NCBI GenBank assembly: GCA_023421955.1
Contig: JAEZSE010000021.1
Location: 9,701-73,700 of the forward strand
Length of the DNA: 64,000 nt
Source: Bacillota bacterium
GTDB taxonomy: Bacteria; Bacillota; Clostridia; Christensenellales; UMGS416
Direction of reading: 5' to 3'
The notes under the pieces were generated by a model. That model saw only the letters and a program-made list of their open reading frames with translations. It did no database searches and was not told where the DNA came from. Below, piece by piece: positions 61,418 through 64,000 of the stretch; position 1 is the stretch's first letter; every line of letters starts with the position of its first letter. The position numbers and the translations under genes are program-made.

Positions 61418-64000
61418 ATGAAAAAAAGAAAGAAGTTCATCATGGCTGGGTTGGCTGTGATGGTTGTGCTGGCATCGCTCCTGCTGTTGGTCATGCCGGC
61501 ATTGGCGGTCAATGTCGGAACGCGGAATACGACCAACCTGTTCCAGGCCAACGGTTCTTCGGGCTGGGGTGACCTGAAGACGCCGGAGCACTACATCGTC
61601 GGTAGTTCCCCCGAACAAGTCGCTTACTGCCTTCAGCACAAAAACGACACTCCATCCAACTCACCCTATGGCTCGTCGGACATTCTCGGGAGCTACTCGT
61701 CCCGTGTGCAGACCGGCCTGCGGATTATCCTCGAAAACGGATACCCCTACGCTACCGGCGGTTTGTCGGCAGCGGAAGCGCGGTATGCCACGGCAAACTG
61801 CATACGATTCTGGCTGGCGGAAAATGGCGATTCGTCTCAATACAACTATTCCAACTTTGGCTCATATACGGATGCGCAGCTCCGAAGCATGGCGGCAAGC
61901 GGACAGATCGGGACCAAGATCAGGGCAAAGTCCGGGTATACCGACGTGCTGCAATTCTCTATCGAACTGCTGATCAAGGCACGCGCCCAAGACTTGATGG
62001 ACCATGATATAGGATTGTCCACGCCGTCCATGTCCATTAGCGGCAGTTACTTTGTCGGAACCTCCACGGTCACGCTGACCAACATGAATGGCGGGTATAC
62101 GCTCGATACTTCCGGCCTGCCAAGCGGTTCGAGCGTGACCGGCGACACTGGCAAATCAGGCGATACGCTGACGATCCGAATCCCTATGAATGAGGCCAAC
62201 GCCAATCGAACGTTCAGCGTGGCGGCGACGGGCAAGGATTCCAGGACACGTTCCAATGTCGCCGCATATGCGCCAAACGATAGCGATCTCCAACGGGTAA
62301 TCACCGCGGAACCTACGGAATACAACGCTGCCAAGACCGTATCGGTGTCCTTCGGGACACCGCAAATCTACGCCGATCTTGTAGTGACTGCGCTCAACGC
62401 CGACGCCTCCACCTATGACGCCGGGGATACTATCACGATCAGCGCCACGGTGATGAATCAGGGACTACGGTCGGCAGGCGGGTTTTATGTCGCCTTGACC
62501 TCGCCAGACCTGTCGACGCAGACCAAGTACATCTCATCACTGGCTGTGAACGCTTCCGCCAATGTGACGTTCACCTACACTGCTCCTCAATTCTCCGCCG
62601 ACAGAACCATATCGGTCGTGGCGACCGCAGACTCGACTGGCGCTGTACCGGAGAGCAATGAAGGCAACAATTCGCGCGGCGCTTCCTTCGTGGTCCGTGG
62701 GTTACCCGATCTGATCGTGTCGTCTCTATCCAGTGATGAGACGCAATACACCGCTGGCAACACGATCTCCATCACCGCGACGATCAAGAATCAGGGATAC
62801 AATACCGCGGCCGGGTTCTACGTTTCCTTATCCTCGCCGGATCTGTCGACACAGACCAAGTACATTTCCTCGCTGGCGGCGGGCGCGTCCACAAACATCA
62901 CGTTCACATATGCCGCGCCATCGCTTACGGCAACCAAGGCCATCACGGTCACGGCAACCGCCGACTCGACCGGGGTGGTGATAGAAAGTAATGAAGGCAA
63001 CAACACCCGGAGCGCAACCTTCACCGTGCTGGCGCTCCCGGACCTGATCGTGTCATCGCTATCCAGCGACAAGACGGAATACATCGCAAGCGACACGATC
63101 TCCATAACCGCGACGATCAGAAATCAGGGATATAACTCGGCAAGCGGATTTTATGTCGCCTTGACCTCGCTGGATCTGTCGACGCAGACTAAGTATGTTT
63201 CTTCACTGGCGGCAGGCGCGTCTACCAACGTGATATTCTCCTATACAGCGCCGTCGCTAACGGCAAGTAAAGCCATCACAGTCACGGCCACCGCCGACTC
63301 CACCGGCATCATTGCGGAAACCAACGAGAGTAATAACACCCGGAGCACGACATTCACCGTGCTGGCGCTCCCCGATCTGGTCGTGCCTGCTTTGACCTGC
63401 GACAAGCCTGTCTATGAAACCGGCGATACCGTGACGATCTCCGCAACGGCAAAAAACACCGGGCCGACCACGGCGGTGGCAACCACGGTCCGGCTTACCG
63501 TACCCGGCATAGGGACGTATGCCAAGAGCATCTCCGCACTGGCAGCAGGAGCAAGCCAGACCGTGCAGTTCATGTTCACTGCGCCAACCGCTCTGACTCC
63601 GCAAAGCATTACTATCACAGCTTATGTTGACCCGGACAATACCGTCCAGGAGAGCAATGAAAGCAACAATACCCGCACCGCCATCGTCGCTGTCAACGCA
63701 TTGCGGCCTGATATCGTGGTGACGGACTCCACGGTTACGGACTGGTATGCCGGTATGCAGGTCACAGTCTCGGCAACCGTTCGAAGCCAAACGGCGCAGC
63801 CTGTGCCAACGGTAGCAATCCGGCTTTCCATTGGCGGCGCCTCGTATACCGAGAACATTCCCATCGCCGGAAACGGGAGCAACCTCGCAGTGTTCCGAAT
63901 CACCGTGCCGGCAGCCGGGAACTATGTCGTTCAAATCACCGCGGACCCCAACGATGTACTGGATGAAACGAACGAGAGCAACAACTCCCTGACCAAGAAT
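61418..64000 (+). CDS. Large secreted surface protein with an N-terminal thioester-domain-like region and tandem CARDB repeats (3' end beyond window)
   Basis: AAAGGAGGG RBS and a signal peptide ending PALA. It carries AYCLQ / ILENGYP motifs and at least five CARDB units, each ending E(S/T)NExNN. The frame is open to position 64000 and is absent from the ORF track for that reason. Confidence 0.85.
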   Translation, partial: MKKRKKFIMAGLAVMVVLASLLLLVMPALAVNVGTRNTTNLFQANGSSGWGDLKTPEHYIVGSSPEQVAYCLQHKNDTPSNSPYGSSDILGSYSSRVQTGLRIILENGYPYATGGLSAAEARYATANCIRFWLAENGDSSQYNYSNFGSYTDAQLRSMAASGQIGTKIRAKSGYTDVLQFSIELLIKARAQDLMDHDIGLSTPSMSISGSYFVGTSTVTLTNMNGGYTLDTSGLPSGSSVTGDTGKSGDTLTIRIPMNEANANRTFSVAATGKDSRTRSNVAAYAPNDSDLQRVITAEPTEYNAAKTVSVSFGTPQIYADLVVTALNADASTYDAGDTITISATVMNQGLRSAGGFYVALTSPDLSTQTKYISSLAVNASANVTFTYTAPQFSADRTISVVATADSTGAVPESNEGNNSRGASFVVRGLPDLIVSSLSSDETQYTAGNTISITATIKNQGYNTAAGFYVSLSSPDLSTQTKYISSLAAGASTNITFTYAAPSLTATKAITVTATADSTGVVIESNEGNNTRSATFTVLALPDLIVSSLSSDKTEYIASDTISITATIRNQGYNSASGFYVALTSLDLSTQTKYVSSLAAGASTNVIFSYTAPSLTASKAITVTATADSTGIIAETNESNNTRSTTFTVLALPDLVVPALTCDKPVYETGDTVTISATAKNTGPTTAVATTVRLTVPGIGTYAKSISALAAGASQTVQFMFTAPTALTPQSITITAYVDPDNTVQESNESNNTRTAIVAVNALRPDIVVTDSTVTDWYAGMQVTVSATVRSQTAQPVPTVAIRLSIGGASYTENIPIAGNGSNLAVFRITVPAAGNYVVQITADPNDVLDETNESNNSLTKN
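62372..64000 (+). repeat. Tandem 333-bp coding repeats (CARDB units)
   Basis: Unit boundaries lie at 62372, 62705, 63038, 63371 and about 63704. Units 2 and 3 are nearly identical at the DNA level. Confidence 0.85.

Larger units (their letters stand above)
44729..64000. mobile_element. Left arm of an integrated conjugative-element / plasmid-like island (continues past the window end)
   Basis: It begins right after a tRNA pair and its terminator. Gene content is the typical clostridial ICE backbone (DUF3991-Toprim, SSB, ParB-nuclease, ParMR, orphan Dcm, amidoligase, Tad-like pilus, surface adhesin). No recombinase, relaxase or T4SS ATPase lies inside the window. Confidence 0.75.

Noticed and set aside
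62047-63934. Several minus-strand ORFs (95-225 aa) inside the repeat region
   Set aside because: They lie opposite the long open plus-strand frame encoding CARDB repeats with conserved ESNExNN motifs. Their periodicity simply mirrors the coding repeats.
62372-64000. Regular 333-bp periodic repeats that could be mistaken for a CRISPR-like or satellite array
   Set aside because: The period is far too long, there are no short spacer/repeat alternations, and the repeats stay in frame as protein domains.

Overview
The window is high-GC Firmicutes DNA that looks like Clostridia (Oscillospiraceae/Ruminococcaceae-like). The evidence is an alpha/beta-type SASP gene, sporulation-type cell-wall enzymes and GGAGG ribosome-binding sites. 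It has two parts. (1) Positions 1-44.7 kb are ordinary chromosome. They carry PiT/DUF47 phosphate uptake, a CDF metal exporter with a structured leader, recG, hslO and several glycoside hydrolases (GH2, GH3, GH31, a GH43-like propeller and a double beta-helix protein). They also carry cell-envelope enzymes (SLT, LCP, a DacB-type carboxypeptidase, a beta-lactamase-fold hydrolase), a luxE-luxC pair fused into the dacB operon, and a GlpA-like/DUF1667 flavoprotein trio behind a leader terminator. A small accessory-looking islet holds a CHASE4-PAS-GGDEF-HD-GYP sensor, a zinc-ribbon protein and a SLATT-like 2-TM protein. This part ends with tRNA-Thr(CGU) and tRNA-Pro(CGG). (2) From about 44.73 kb to the window end lies the left arm of an integrated conjugative-element or plasmid-like island. 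It encodes DUF3991-Toprim, SSB, a ParB-like nuclease domain protein, four unknown ORFs, ParM/ParR and an orphan Dcm methylase. The Dcm gene is translationally coupled to an amidoligase, an 83-aa protein and a gamma-glutamylcyclotransferase. Downstream come a complete Tad/Flp-type pilus operon, an XRE/SLOG(DUF1273) pair and a large CARDB-repeat surface protein that runs off the window. No integrase, relaxase or T4SS ATPase is visible in the window. The best candidates for an undescribed system are the Dcm-amidoligase-GGCT module, the XRE/SLOG pair and the zinc-ribbon/2-TM cassette. All family assignments come from reading motifs by eye; no searches were run.
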